Part shown: one piece after another, positions 27,816 to 41,100 of the stretch
Layout: every line of letters begins with the position of its first letter
Numbering within the stretch: the first letter of the stretch is position 1
Position numbers and translations under genes: made by a program
Notes under the pieces: model-generated
Seen by the model: only the letters and a program-made list of their open reading frames with translations
The model's database searches: none
What the model was told of the DNA's origin: nothing
Assembly: GCF_018977255.1 (NCBI RefSeq)
Contig: NW_024704742.1
Span: 72,418,001 to 72,482,000, forward strand
Reading direction: 5' to 3'
Length of the DNA: 64,000 nucleotides
From: Callorhinchus milii
Taxonomy: Eukaryota

Positions 27816-30800
27816 ATAAATTAAGTCACAACTGCAACATAAAATCTTTAACATGAAAGACACACTTTTTAATCTCTGCTAGAAACTTGTGCTAGAGTTG
27901 GCTGAGATTAGTGGAGGTCGTGATGCCTCTGTGAGATTAGCTGCAACAGGACTAGTGTTGTGAGGACTCCTCTCACCCAAATGTAACATAGATCCCAGAC
28001 CATTGGCTAGAGATGGAATGCTGCAGCAAGGAGACAGCCTACAGGAATCCATCATGCCGGCACCTGTTTCAAATCATCTTTCCCATTAAATTCCCCGTTG
28101 ATACTGCTTATAATATGGAGATTATGCTGTGTTTGGGGATAAGCACAACCTCAGAGTCAACAATCCTATGAGTCAAGAGTTTCTATTAACATTTTTACCG
28201 TTTATTCATTTTATTGGAATAAATGAGAGTGTGGAGGGAAGGGGAAAAGTGCAGAAATGTTTGCCAGAAATTGCAGGAAAATTCAGTGGATTCTGTGTAG
28301 AATTGTGGAGGGCTGATTGGTACTATTGAGGGATACATTTTTTCAAACAACCTGGATCAAAACTATAGGCATATAATTCCTGAACATGTAGTTATGTTTC
28401 AAATATTTAAAATTTGAATGCATTGGTCGCAGGAGCTCAGGTTAGACCGTGGGTACCGGATGAAGCTGATATCCTGCTCGTGCCTTCTACAATCCCAACA
28501 CTTCCCGAGCCACGCATGCACAACCGGAGACGCTCCGCTCACAGTAGCAGCGTCAAGCAAACAGCGTGCAGAAGCCCAAGGCTGTGTACAGGTTTGTAGC
28601 GGAGGGGATGTTTGTACCATGTTTGTCGCGGAGAAGAATATTTGTAGCGGATTCTGCGGGAAAAGTGCCACCGCATTTTTCTATTGGCTCAGCTGATGAG
28701 CCAGGCTGGCTGTGCTGTCATCAGCAGTGCCCTGAAATACCGTCGAGACTGCCACAGAGGGCTGGTTCGATTCTGACATCCAGTGGCCAAACATGTCACC
28801 TTGGAGGCACCTCAACTCAAAGGAGAGTCCACTTACCTCTATCTTCCCCCCACCTCGTGCGCCAGGAGGAATATGTAGCATGTAGATTATTGACATGCTC
28901 CTTTGCCGAAGCGCATGTAACCGGATGCCTCTTTCCCTCCACTATTGTATAGCTGATGAATGACACTGTCTAACTTTGTGTATCGAAGAATGGGTAATTA
29001 AGGTGACATAGGCCAATAACTTGAGTCAGCACCTCCAGGAGGAGCGAAAATTGACAACAATGTTTCACTTAACTTAATAAGGGTACAAAAAGAATGTTGA
29101 GCAGCTCTGGTCACATTAGTAATACATGCCGGCTACATATCCCAGTTGAAAATATCATTTCAGACTGAAAACTCAAAACCCCTTGAGTGAATGTGAGTTC
29201 AGGGCCTGTGGTACCACATACGCTCCTGATCACAATTGAAATATTATTTGTGTGATTTTCATGTATATTGGAAGAGAGTAAATAGGAATTTTGTAATGAA
29301 AAACGTCTTGTTATCTGTCACAAAATTTCCCTTTATAATTCTAACCTAAGTCTTCTTGTTCCACTGTCTTGGTGATCCTAAAGTATGGATCTCGGTTTTC
29401 TTTTTTAATCCCTTGTAAAGAATTATTCATGCCTTCTTGTTCTCAATTCCCCTATCAACAGAAAGAGGTTTGAATGATTAATTCTCTCAAATTACATCAT
29501 GTTGCAGTACTTGCCAAACAAAGAGAGGTTTGGACATGTTTTTCAATACTGTATGTAGGTCAAAATAAAATCTTAGAAATACTGTATAGTAATACAACAA
29601 AAGAATACTGATAGATTCACCAGAGCCAAGTGAAATGATGTCCACTACTGTTAGATCAAATACGTGAATTTTTTGTGATTATTTCTTTTTATCAATAATT
29701 AATAAAAAGAAGCTGCAGTCTTTTCAGTTGAATTGTTTTTCTTGCATACAGGTTCAATACTGTTTCACTCCGAGAGGTGGCAATGCTGAGCTATGAAAAA
29801 AAAGGTTTGCAGCAGCACCAGAAAGAATACTCTGGAAGCTATTGTTTTGCTGATTTATTTTGCCATCATTCATTTCCATGTCCCCTGCCCATTCTACCAA
29901 ATTGCCTCATACTCTGGAACTCCCTTCCTCCCCTCATTCAAGGTCACTCTCAAGATGTACCTCTTTGACCAGACTTTTAGCCATCTTTTTCATTCTGCTC
30001 ACCTTTGGCTCCCATCCTTAGCTCAGGTGCCCAGCCAGCTGTGGCAAGCACATTGAGATGACCTCCTGACATGAAAGGCACTGTATAAATGTAAATTGTA
30101 TTAATGTGTTTGGGAAAGTCACTTTAGACTCAAAATACAATAAATACACGTGGCCTGCAGTACTGAGCCCGTGAAGCTCCAGTCACAGCTAATGTTATAT
30201 TAATAATTCTCGCAGATGTCTCAAAATGTGTGTCTCAAAGTGTTTCACAGAGAATTACTGTAGTGACTATCTGTAGGTGAATGGGACGGCCATTTTGCAT
30301 ATAGCAATGTCCCATAAACGGCCATCAAATGAATGACCTATTTTTTTATCTGGAGGATAGTCGGTCAGAACATTGGGAGAGTCTCCCTTCTTTTCGTCCA
30401 CAAAAGAGTCACTGCACTTTATGTATATGCTGTAAAGCACTTGGGATATCCTGCTGACATGAAAGGGGTCCTTACCAAATGTAAGGATTGTTATTGTTAT
30501 TGAATAGTGCCTGTTTAACGCCCATGGCACTGTCTGCAGCACTCCTCCAACATTTTATTGGAATGTAAACCTCAACTATGAGCTCAAAGTCCTGACATCG
30601 GGTTTGAACCCACAACTTTCTAACCCAGAGGTGAGAGTGCTACAAACTACTAATCATTGATTAGTACACATTAACTGTACTAATCACCTCATCATTGAGA
30701 CTTTGTTGGGTTGGGAAGGATCTGCTCATAAGGATGTCTGTGATTATAAAACAGCCTGTTTAGAATATCAGTGGCAGTGATTGAAGGATTTCTATTTGTC

Positions 30801-33315
30801 TTCATTATATACGATGGACATTAATAAATCAGTGCTCTGCCTCTCTGGGGCCTCAATTTGAGTTCAGTGCTGACTGTTAATAATCCTTGCATTTGATATA
30901 ATGTCTTAATAATATGTCACCTTGCCAAATGTTTCAAAGTGGTTCACACTATATTTACTGTAAAGTGTGATGACTGTACATTTCTATGCAAACAAGGTAG
31001 CCAATTTTCATACTCCAGTGTCCCACAAACAGCCATGAAGTGAATGACCAATTTTCTGTGGAGGATTGACAAGATCCTTCTGATGTGAAAGGGGCTTTAC
31101 AAATGTAATTTTGTATAGTACTGTACTGTATTACACCAAGCAAATCCGTCATTGCACCTCAAATTAAGTTTACAGTCCACGGAAGGATTTTGAAACCTAC
31201 ACTAGGATTTTGCAAGTGATGTGGGTACACGGAGCTGGAGGGTTTTGCTCAGACACATGCAGGGATGTCACTGGTGATGTAATAGGTGATATATTAATAT
31301 GGAAGCACTGGTTCTGTTATAAGGTGGTTGGAATTTTATAGACCCCAACTACTGCCTTATAATGGCGTTGAACTATATATTAGCCAGCTATTAGACTGAG
31401 AAGTCATTCATAACGCCTTCATCTGTTGTCAGGGCCTGAATGATAGACACTGATTAGACGTAACTTCTCTGTTAAGCGAATTATATGGGATTCGATGTTA
31501 CACTTGGACTGAAATAGTCACTGATGGTCCAAAATGCAGAATTAAGGAGAAGTGAAAAGCACGATCTGGTGAAACTCTTTCTGGTTCCCAAAGTTTTCCT
31601 TTGTCTTCTTCTGGAGTTAATTCCTTGTGAATGACTAGTAGCTCCTAGTCAGCAGCAGTGTACCACACAGTAATGTTATACGATCCACACATACAGAGCC
31701 ATAGAGAAAGAAGGCTTGGACTAAAGCCACTTGTTGCTGAGGCACTGGAGTTTTTCTTCACATGAGACACTGGATCTGATCCCACTCTCCTGATTGCTCC
31801 CCATACCTTGAATACCTCTTCTCTTAAAGCATCTATGTAAATCTGTTGAGGAGGATGGCATATTTAGTGCTGAAATGGGTTTGTGAACACACTTTCATAT
31901 ATCCAGCGCTTGTTAGAATCCACCTTGATTGATATACAGTGAGGTAAGTAGCTTCTCCTCAAGCGCCGCATTTCCAAATGTTGGAACTATGCTCAGTGGG
32001 AATGGATGTGTGTCTGAGCTGTGGATAGGAGGAGGGTGGGAATGCTCTCATGCATTTCATGCTAAGCTGTGCTGCTTACCAATCAGGTCGCAGGGAGTGC
32101 TTGATACTTGCACCTGGTGAAGGCTCAATCATGTGCTTGTCAGATGTCAAATGACCCACAAGTGACTGGGCAGCTCGAGGGAAAGCCAGGCAGGTCTGTG
32201 GTACTCCAGGGCACTGCTGTCCATAGAGCAGCAGCTTAACTTATCAGTACAACTTGCAGACTGGGGCAAAAATTCTTCCTACTCAGCTCCTTTTAAGCCT
32301 ACAAGCTAAAGCCCTAATGGGTAGGGTGGTCCTAGCTGGGCAAGCAGTGGGAAGCTTGCCAGACAGTGTTCTCTTGCTAAAGCTTATGATTTGGCTGCAT
32401 AGTTTCAGTGAATATCAGTCAGGTACTGATGGGTTTTACAGGAAAAATAATTATGATGGAACAGCTGCAGAAATGTGATCTGGTGATAATCCTCAGACTG
32501 TATTTATGTTATACTGTGCAGATCTATATACAGGAGAATGGCAAAGCTTTACAACACATATAGCTAAGTTAATTGTATTTAATTGAATTTTAGTCGGATC
32601 AGCTGCTGGTTTCATATACAGCATAATGCCCTTTTGTTTTCAATTCTTCCTTCTGACGACTAAGTCATATCTCTGCAGGATATTTAATACATTTATTGGT
32701 GAATCACCTTGAAAATTATTAGCCATGAAAATTGCAGTACCCAGCTAGTCCTGCTATTATGTGAGCTACTCCTACAAATGATCTGAATTTCTACTACTTG
32801 GATTTGGTGATTTGTGTACTTTGATATGAACCACATACAGGGCAATAATATAATTTTCCATGGCTCTCACCTGCTGTTCCTCCAGGTTTGACTGCACAGT
32901 AGTGTATGTGAACTGTTTTACACTGCAGCTAGCAGGAGACGAATAAATTGTGTATCAACTAATTACTTGTATTCTTTGGAATATACACTAAACCTGTTCA
33001 TTTTCAGTGTGTTTGTAAATTTTACCACAAATTGTTGGTTCTCATTTATTACGATTCGATAAATTAAATGTAAGTGTTAGAATGGTCAATAAAATATACA
33101 GCAAAAATCACCCAAGTACTGTGTTTGTGTGCTTACTTTAGGATTTCAACAAAAATAAACTGCAATATCAAATGCAATATCAAATTGTTAGATATAAAAG
33201 AAACTGCTGATTGTGAAACAGAGGCAGATAGTCAAGGTTCCATTGCTGTACTGACTCAGCTGATCTCAACTAGGGGCAACAGTAAAGTTACCATGTCCAA
33301 CTATTGGCCTGAAAT

Positions 33316-33620
33316 AATACTAATAATCCTTGCATTTGATACAGCGCTTTTCACGTCTTCTGGATGCCTCAAAGCACTTCACAGAATATACTGTAAAGTG
33401 AATTTACTATATTTTGTGGGTGAAACGTGCAGCCAGTTGCATAAAGCAGCGTCCCACAAACAGTCGTGGATTGAGTGACTAAATCATTCTTGTTTTTTTT
33501 CTTGAGGGATTATTATGTGTGGAATAAGGAAACTTTGCCCAAGGTTTCGCCCTGCCAGGAATCAAACTCACAACTCTCGCTTGCTAGGCAAGTACTCTAA
33601 CTACTGAGCTATAGGTCTCC
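33316..33620 (-). mobile_element. tRNA-derived SINE
   Basis: Reverse complement of the 869-1195 family. Confidence 0.88.
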
Positions 33621-35845
33621 TAGTCACCTAGTCTAAACCTGTAAATTCATTTTATCTTGAAATTTAAGATCAGGCATAATTATTGGCCATTCTTGAATTA
33701 AATCTTAATTTTTCCAGTGTTCTTAGAAATGTAATCAAAATTATGACTCAACTGAAGGTATTTCCACATTTTCGCATGATCCTCATTGTAACAAAGGAAT
33801 GGTTTTACCAGCTGAGACTGGGTGGATTTCTGTACCTGCCTCCCGCTGAGCTTTGCACAGACAATTTGTTGCCTGCGCAAAGGATATCTGCAGGTGGACG
33901 AGGTAGCTTAGTGGTTAGAGCACTCGCTTCGCAAGCGAGAGATCCTGGGTTCGATTCCTGGGCAGGGCAAAATGTTATATCAAATGCAAGGATTATAATT
34001 ATTATTTCCAGGCCTCAGCTCTGTACATTTCAACTCACTGACTGTCATTCTGAAAACAATACTTCTGAAAAAAGTACAGAAAGTTATTTTGATCAGTTCA
34101 TTACAAGACCTGTACAAATGATCTCACACATATAAACACACCAGTTGTTTTTGATAGAACAAGAAAGATAGCACAACTCAGTCTGGCTTTTGCGTTTTTG
34201 TGCAAAGCAAATTAACTGAGTATAATTCAGAATGTTAGAGCAACGCACTGTCTGTGCAAAACTCAGCGGGAGACAGACACAAGCTTTCTCTGATGTAGTT
34301 CCATTGTGTTTGTGTTGTTGAAAGGTGTGCTACTAATGCATCATATACCATTTCAGCATAAGAAAAAAAAGTTTTTTCCCAGTCTCTGGCCAACAATCCC
34401 TCTGGATAAAATTGATCATTCACTTCATGTCTGTTTGTGGAACATTGCTATGTGGAATGAGGCTGCAGCATTCACCTATGAATATACTGTCACTACACTT
34501 TACAGAAAATCCTGTGAAGCACTTTGGGACATTCTGACGACATGATAAGCTGCGAAATCAAATTTAAAGATTATTATTAAATCATTTAATGTTCAATCCA
34601 GATCTGAAAGAAGTAGCACAATGTTACACTAAAGTGCCTTTCATTGATATAAGATAGTTATAATCCTTGCTTTTGACATAGGACATTATCAAGTCGTTGA
34701 GACGTCTCAAAGCTCTTAGCAGAATATATTTTAAAGTGAATTGACAATATTTTGTGGGTGAAACACAGCAGCCAATTGCACACAGCAGTGCCCTATTATT
34801 TTAAGGAATAACTACCCATGGAAAGCGATCCGCCAATTGACTAACGACCAGGTCCCTTACTGCCTTACATCCTTCCAGAATACCAACCTATCAACTCCCA
34901 TCACAGCATCAAGCTATTTTTTAAATGAGTCCACGGTCCATGCCTCAACCACTCTTCCCGGTAACGTGTTCCAATCGTTAATTACTCTCTGGTTAAATAC
35001 TTCCTGGGGTCTGTCCCAATATTACGTATTGCTGCACTAAAGTGTAGCTATTTCTTCTACTTTGTGGGAACATTCTCTACTTTGTAACAACAGCACCATC
35101 TTGTGGTACGTGACACTGAATCCGTGCCAACCCCTAGGCATAGTGCTAAATATAGTGCTGACGGATACTGAATCAAATACACTTGTTAAAAGACAAAAAT
35201 AAAAATAAATAGGATATTGGGTGCATAGGTTAAAAGACTTTTTCCCTCAAAAAAAATCTAAATTAATTTCAGATTTTTGTATGCTTTTCTAATGTGATTT
35301 GAGTTCTACAAAATAGGAAAAAGATATTGTTCCATCCACAGTTGTATAAAGTACTGGTTGATGAGCTTTAGTGGGGACCATCACTCAAAGAATAATCCAC
35401 AGGCGGTTCTCTGGACTGAAGGCACTGGAACAACAAAAGATCTGAAGGCTATCTCCTTATCCTCAGTGGATGTCAAAAGGCCTAAGACATTTCTGAATGG
35501 CAACATCCCATTTATGTGAGCTTTTTGAGGGGGGTCAGCTGGGTGTCTGACACATGTGGAAACCTATCACCATGCTTAAGAGTATCCAAACCAAGCTGAG
35601 AGTTCCATGCTTCCCATCTGTACATTTTTTTTACACCGATAAACTTTCCATTCTTTCCATTGAACTGTTAGTTAAACAAACATGTAGAATATAAACCTCT
35701 CGACAAGCAACATAATAGAGGGACAAAGAATAAGTGGATTTCACTTCCCGGCTATCTGTGGGACATTGATATGCACAAATTTAATAAATCCATTCATCAC
35801 ACTGAGTGCAAGGCACAGGTTACCTCAGCCAATTGCACACTTCAG

Positions 35846-36645
35846 ACGCTGACAGCATTACCATCCGTGGTTGCACATTCCACCTCACTGAGCCAGTCTG
35901 GAACCTTGGGGTCTTGTTTGACCCTCAACTATCCTTTCTACCCCACATTGCACCATGACCTGCTCTGCCTTCCCCCACCTCCGCAATGTGGCCCAGCTCC
36001 GACACTATCTCACACCGCAGGCCACCAAAACCCTCAAACCCGCCTTCATTACATGGAAATGCGACTATGCAAACTCATTGCTTGTCGGCCTCCCCAACTG
36101 CTCCCTCCACAGGCTGCAGATCATCCAGAACTCTGCAACCCGTGTCCTCTCCCGCACTAGGTTCTGCAACTTTATCACCCCCATCCTCACCTGACTCCAC
36201 TGACTTCCCATCATGCAGAGGATAAAGTTCAAGATCCTGGTCCTCAGCTTCAAAGCCTTCCACGGTCTTCCCCCCCCCCCCACCTCTGCGACCTCCTAAC
36301 CCCCTACCATCCTGTTCGCTCCCTCCGCTCAGCGGGTTCTGGCCTGCTTCACGTCCCCGCCTTACTCGCCCCACTATTGGCGGGCGGGCCTCCGCCACTC
36401 TGCTCCCACCCTCTGGAACTCCATCCCACAGTCCCTCCGTCTCGCCTCTGCCCTTGCCTCCTTCAAGGCCCATCTCAAGACCCTCCTCTTCGACCGTGCT
36501 TTTGATCTCCCTGCTTCCCAACCCGCTGCCCTCCACACTCCCCCACCCCTTCCCCCAGCTCAGGTCCATAAGTCTGTCTGTCCAGCGCCTTGGGACATCC
36601 TCCCAACGTGAAAGGTGCTATACAAGTGTAATTTTGTTGTTGTTG
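35846..36645 (+). mobile_element. L2 lineage A 3' portion
   Basis: Closely similar to 17080-17780; ends in tail plus (TTG)n. Confidence 0.88.
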
Positions 36646-37124
36646 TTACACATCACCTCCACAACCTAAGGTTTTATTGTTTAGGGTTTTGAAGCTGGAG
36701 CATATCATTATAGTACACAAGGCAAGGAAATCCTGACTATCGAAAGTAAGTCCTTCCAATTCTGTAACAGTGAAAAAGGTCATTTTCTTTACCCTGACCA
36801 GACGCCACTGAAGTTATTCCCTACATTACATTTGCAGCTTCTCATTTCTATTTAATCTTGATGATTTAAAAAAACAATCCTTTGGTCAAAGCCATCTATG
36901 CTCATTCATTTAGCCCACCTGAGTTGCTAACACATGTTTGTTCCTACTATGTATCGATGGGTAAGTTATGCCACTGTATGTTCACGGTAGCTGTGTAGAC
37001 ACAATCACTGAAATATAATTTGCACTATAATGGTGCTTTTGGCAAATTAAAGTTGATCAAAAAGTTAATTCTGATGTTTTCCTCCATTCAAGTAGTTGAT
37101 AACAATCTATCAGTAAGGACATGT

Positions 37125-37340
37125 ATTTCCTTTACTTATTCTCTAAAAACAAAACAATAATAAATTGGTCATTTTCAATCTACGACTGTTTGTGGGACAC
37201 TGCTGTGCGCAATTGGCTCCCCCGTTCACCCACAAATATACAGTCAATTCACCTTACAGTATGTTCTGTGAAGCGCTTTGGGACGTCCTCCCGACGTGAA
37301 AAGCGCGATATCAAATGCAAGGATTAAATTAAATTAAATT
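37125..37340 (+). mobile_element. 5'-truncated tRNA-derived SINE
   Basis: Near-identical to 1005-1180. Confidence 0.85.
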
Positions 37341-38104
37341 ATTTGAAATATCTTAAATATCTTTGAGTGCAATTTGATCTCCTAGATTGGAGTCTATACA
37401 TTCTGAATAACTTCCCCCAGGTTTCAGGTTTGAATGAAATGGCAAATGGCTTTTCTGAAGTATGTGACTATTAGTAACACAAGATCAGGAGAATATGTGA
37501 TTATACATAAACAAAAGGGTGAAATGATCAATAACAGTAAAGGCAATGCCTCACAAGATCGTTAAATATTTACAAAATGAAAATTAGATAAAATATTACA
37601 ATTGGATGAGACTGCAATTGAAAGACTGTAATACATCAACCAGTTAACCACTTGACTGAAACTGATCTTTGCTCAATTTTTAATTGTTTTTCATTATAAA
37701 GGATCTCCCCAGGGCAAAAAAAAACAGACACACGTTCTTGCTGTGCTAAACTTGTGAATTTTTAAAGAAATCGATGTCTGTGAAAATGTTACTGACTGGG
37801 CCCAGGTTGTAATCATTATATAATCCTTATAATTTTTAACTGTTCAGCAGAAAGGATTTGACTCCAGGATTGGTCAATTTATGGTAGATTGATTAATTTC
37901 TGAACCTTCCAAAATACTGTACAGAGTGTTGAGTTTTATTTCCGAATAAGGCTAGTTCAAACACTCCGAGGTGCAGCCCTGCGTGAAGGAGCTATATAAA
38001 TGCACATTGTTGTTGTTGTTATAGTTCAGTTGGCAGTCTTTGTAGTTGGTAAATTATCCCACTGTCCTTGTACTTGTGTCAGTTCAGACAAACTTATCAC
38101 CCAG

Positions 38105-38113
38105 TTACGGAAT
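38105..38113 (-). CDS. EMCN: Putative terminal coding exon start (IP*)
   Basis: Acceptor gttctttatcatgcattacag followed by ATT CCG TAA; AATAAA on the minus strand at 37935-37940. Confidence 0.4.
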   Translation of the reverse strand: MP

Positions 38114-41100
38114 CTGTAATGCATGATAAAGAACATTAATAAAGATCAGCAGTTGGTGAATGCATATTATCTTATAGTCATTGATTCATAGGAATAGGAA
38201 CATGTGCAAGCCATTCAATCAAACCATTCTGGTCTACGATTTTATTAACTTGGCTCAGTTGGTAACACTCTTGCCTTTGAATAAGAAGGTTGTGAGTTCA
38301 AACCCCATGTTAGGACTTGGAACTCACGTCGTCCAGGCAGACACTCCAATACAGTGCTGGGGGAGTACTGCATTGCCAAATATGTTGTCATTTATTCCAT
38401 GGATGTTCGTGGGACATTGCTGTGTACAAATTGGCTCTCATGTATATCACAGTCACAAATATGCAGGCACGGCATTTTTTAAAAATTGTGAAACAAAAAT
38501 TTGAAACAAAAACTGTACATGTATGGAATTATGTGGATTTCTCAATAGTTTGGTTTGAAAGCTCTGAAGCATGGTGATGGATTTCCATTTGCGTCAGATT
38601 CCTGGCTGAGAATTTGTTTTAAAGTACAGTGAGTTAGTGAGTAGAATTTTGCTAAACATACATCTAGGGCCTGATCTGGTTCCTCAGTCTTTCCATTTTC
38701 TACAGCATCGTTCTGACCACAAGATGAAAGGAATGATTCTTCCCCTGTAACAGAATAAGATAAAACAATAAAAACACCTCTAGTGCCATCACAGCAGTGG
38801 AAACTGCATTAATATATTCAACTATTGTACTAATGAGAATTGGGCGGTGGAATGGATTAGGCTGGCTCAGTTGGTTCAAACCCCACATCAGGACTTGGAA
38901 CTTATATTGTCTAAGTTGACACTCTGATGCAGTTTACTGCATTTTCCTTCGAATGAGAAGTTAACCCCAGTTTACAGTATATCCTGTGAAGTGCTTTGGG
39001 TCATCCTCCCAACGTGAAAATTATCAAATGTAAGAATTATCATTATTATTAGAACAGTCTTTCTTCAACTCTTGTGACCTGGATTTGAATCCAGCTCTAA
39101 CTAATGCGATGAATATTCCCCCCTTTTCATGAAATGAGATTGTCTAGTATCACCCTGATCTCTAGTCAGTGTGAGTTCAATACACGAACACGCTCGCAAG
39201 ATTACAAGGTTGGTTTAGCAGAAGAAGGCCCTTCAGCCCATCTGCAATGACTTGTCTTTGAGTGTTGTAATTCAAAACTGTTATACCGTAAATAATAATA
39301 ATAACCCTTGCATTTGATATAGCGCTTTTCACGTCTTCTAGACATCTCAAAGCGCTTCACAGAATATACTGTAAAGTGAATTGACTGTATATTTGTGGGC
39401 GAGCGCGGCAGCCAATTCTGCACAGCAATGTCCCACAAACAGTCGTAGATTGAAAATGACCAATTTATTATTGTTTTATTTTTTGGAGGGATTATTATTA
39501 GGCGTGTGGAGTAAGGAAACTTGCCCAAGGTTTCGCCCTCTGCCTGGAATTGAACTCAGGTCTCTCGCTTGCAAAGCGAGTGCTCTAACCACTGAGCTAC
39601 AGGACTCCACAAATGATTTGGGTCTTGTGGAATCTAAGACTTGTACATACCAGCCTCCATATAAGTTGGCTTTACAGAGAGGAGAGTCACCTGGTCTTTC
39701 TTGATAGGAGATCTAGATTAATTGGTGAAAAAATATATAATCAGTAGATAATCGCTTTTATATTATATTTACAACTGCTAGAGATGACTCTTCTGGCAAG
39801 TCACTGAGGCAACAACAACAACAACAACAAAATTACATTTATATAAACACATCCGAGGCACACTCCTTCACTTGTGCTGAATTAGCTGAGTTTCTCCTTC
39901 TACCCCTGTATATCTACATGTTTTAAATGTTTGTAAATGACTCCCATCTTTACCTTTCCTCCAGCTCTGCAAAATTGCCTGTCTCTACCATTATCTAACG
40001 CTCTTTGCATCTGAAACTCTCATTTATGGCTTTATCAGTTCCAGACTCAAATTTTCCAATACTCTGCTCACCAGCTATCCCAGCTCAACCCTTGACAAGC
40101 TATAGACTATGCAGAACCCTGCAAATCTCCACAATGTCCTGTAAACCTATTACCCTCTCATGCTCGCCCAGCTCCACCAGCTTCCTATCCCCACAGAGGA
40201 TCAAGTCGCCCTTGCCTCCACGGTTTTGCTCCATGCTATCTCTGTGATATGCTGCGTGTCTACATGGCCACTGTCTCCTGTCCGTCAACTCTGACCTGCT
40301 TCATGCTTTCAGATCTCCTTCCAGCTTTGCCCCGTCATCTGCCACTTTGTCTCTGCTTCTTGAACTCTCTTCCTAAATTGTCTAACCTCCTTTCTCTTTT
40401 TGATTTCAAATCCCATCTGAAGACCCATCTCTTTGACTGTGACTGTGCCTTCGGCCACCTCCCCTCTACCCTGGAGAGGAGCTGACGTCACTTGCTATGG
40501 GTCCCCTCCACATGGAGTTTACTTGATCTGCAATGTTGGACTCAATTAAGTTAATTTGCTTTATTCCTGGCTGGCATGGACTGTTTCTCCTGTGCCCGCT
40601 ACAGTATGTTTACTGCATTTCCCCTTCCCTTGCCTTGTTCAAGACCCATCTCAAGATCCTCCTCTTCAACCGTGCTTTCGATCACCTGGCTTCCCCCCCT
40701 GCCCTCCACCCTCCCCGATCCCGACCCCCAGCTCGGGTCCAAAACACTGACTGTCCAGCACCTTGGGATGTGCTCCCAATGTGAAAGGGCTATACAAATG
40801 TAATTTTGTTGTTGTGTTGAATGTAAGAATGAAAATACAGCTATTAGATTGGAGATTTTGCCTCATTTATCCCCATTTGCTGCATTGCATTTACAATCAC
40901 AAGATCACAAGAGATGGATGAAGAAGGCCCTTTGGCCCATGTGATCTCATCCCTGCAGAATACCACCCTACCACCTTCCCACCACTGCATCAAGCTTTTT
41001 TATTAATCTAGTACCCTGGGCTCAACAACCCTTCAGGTTAACCTATTCAAGCTGTTAAGGGTAAAGATATATTTCCTGGTGTCTATTCTGAAATTGCCCT

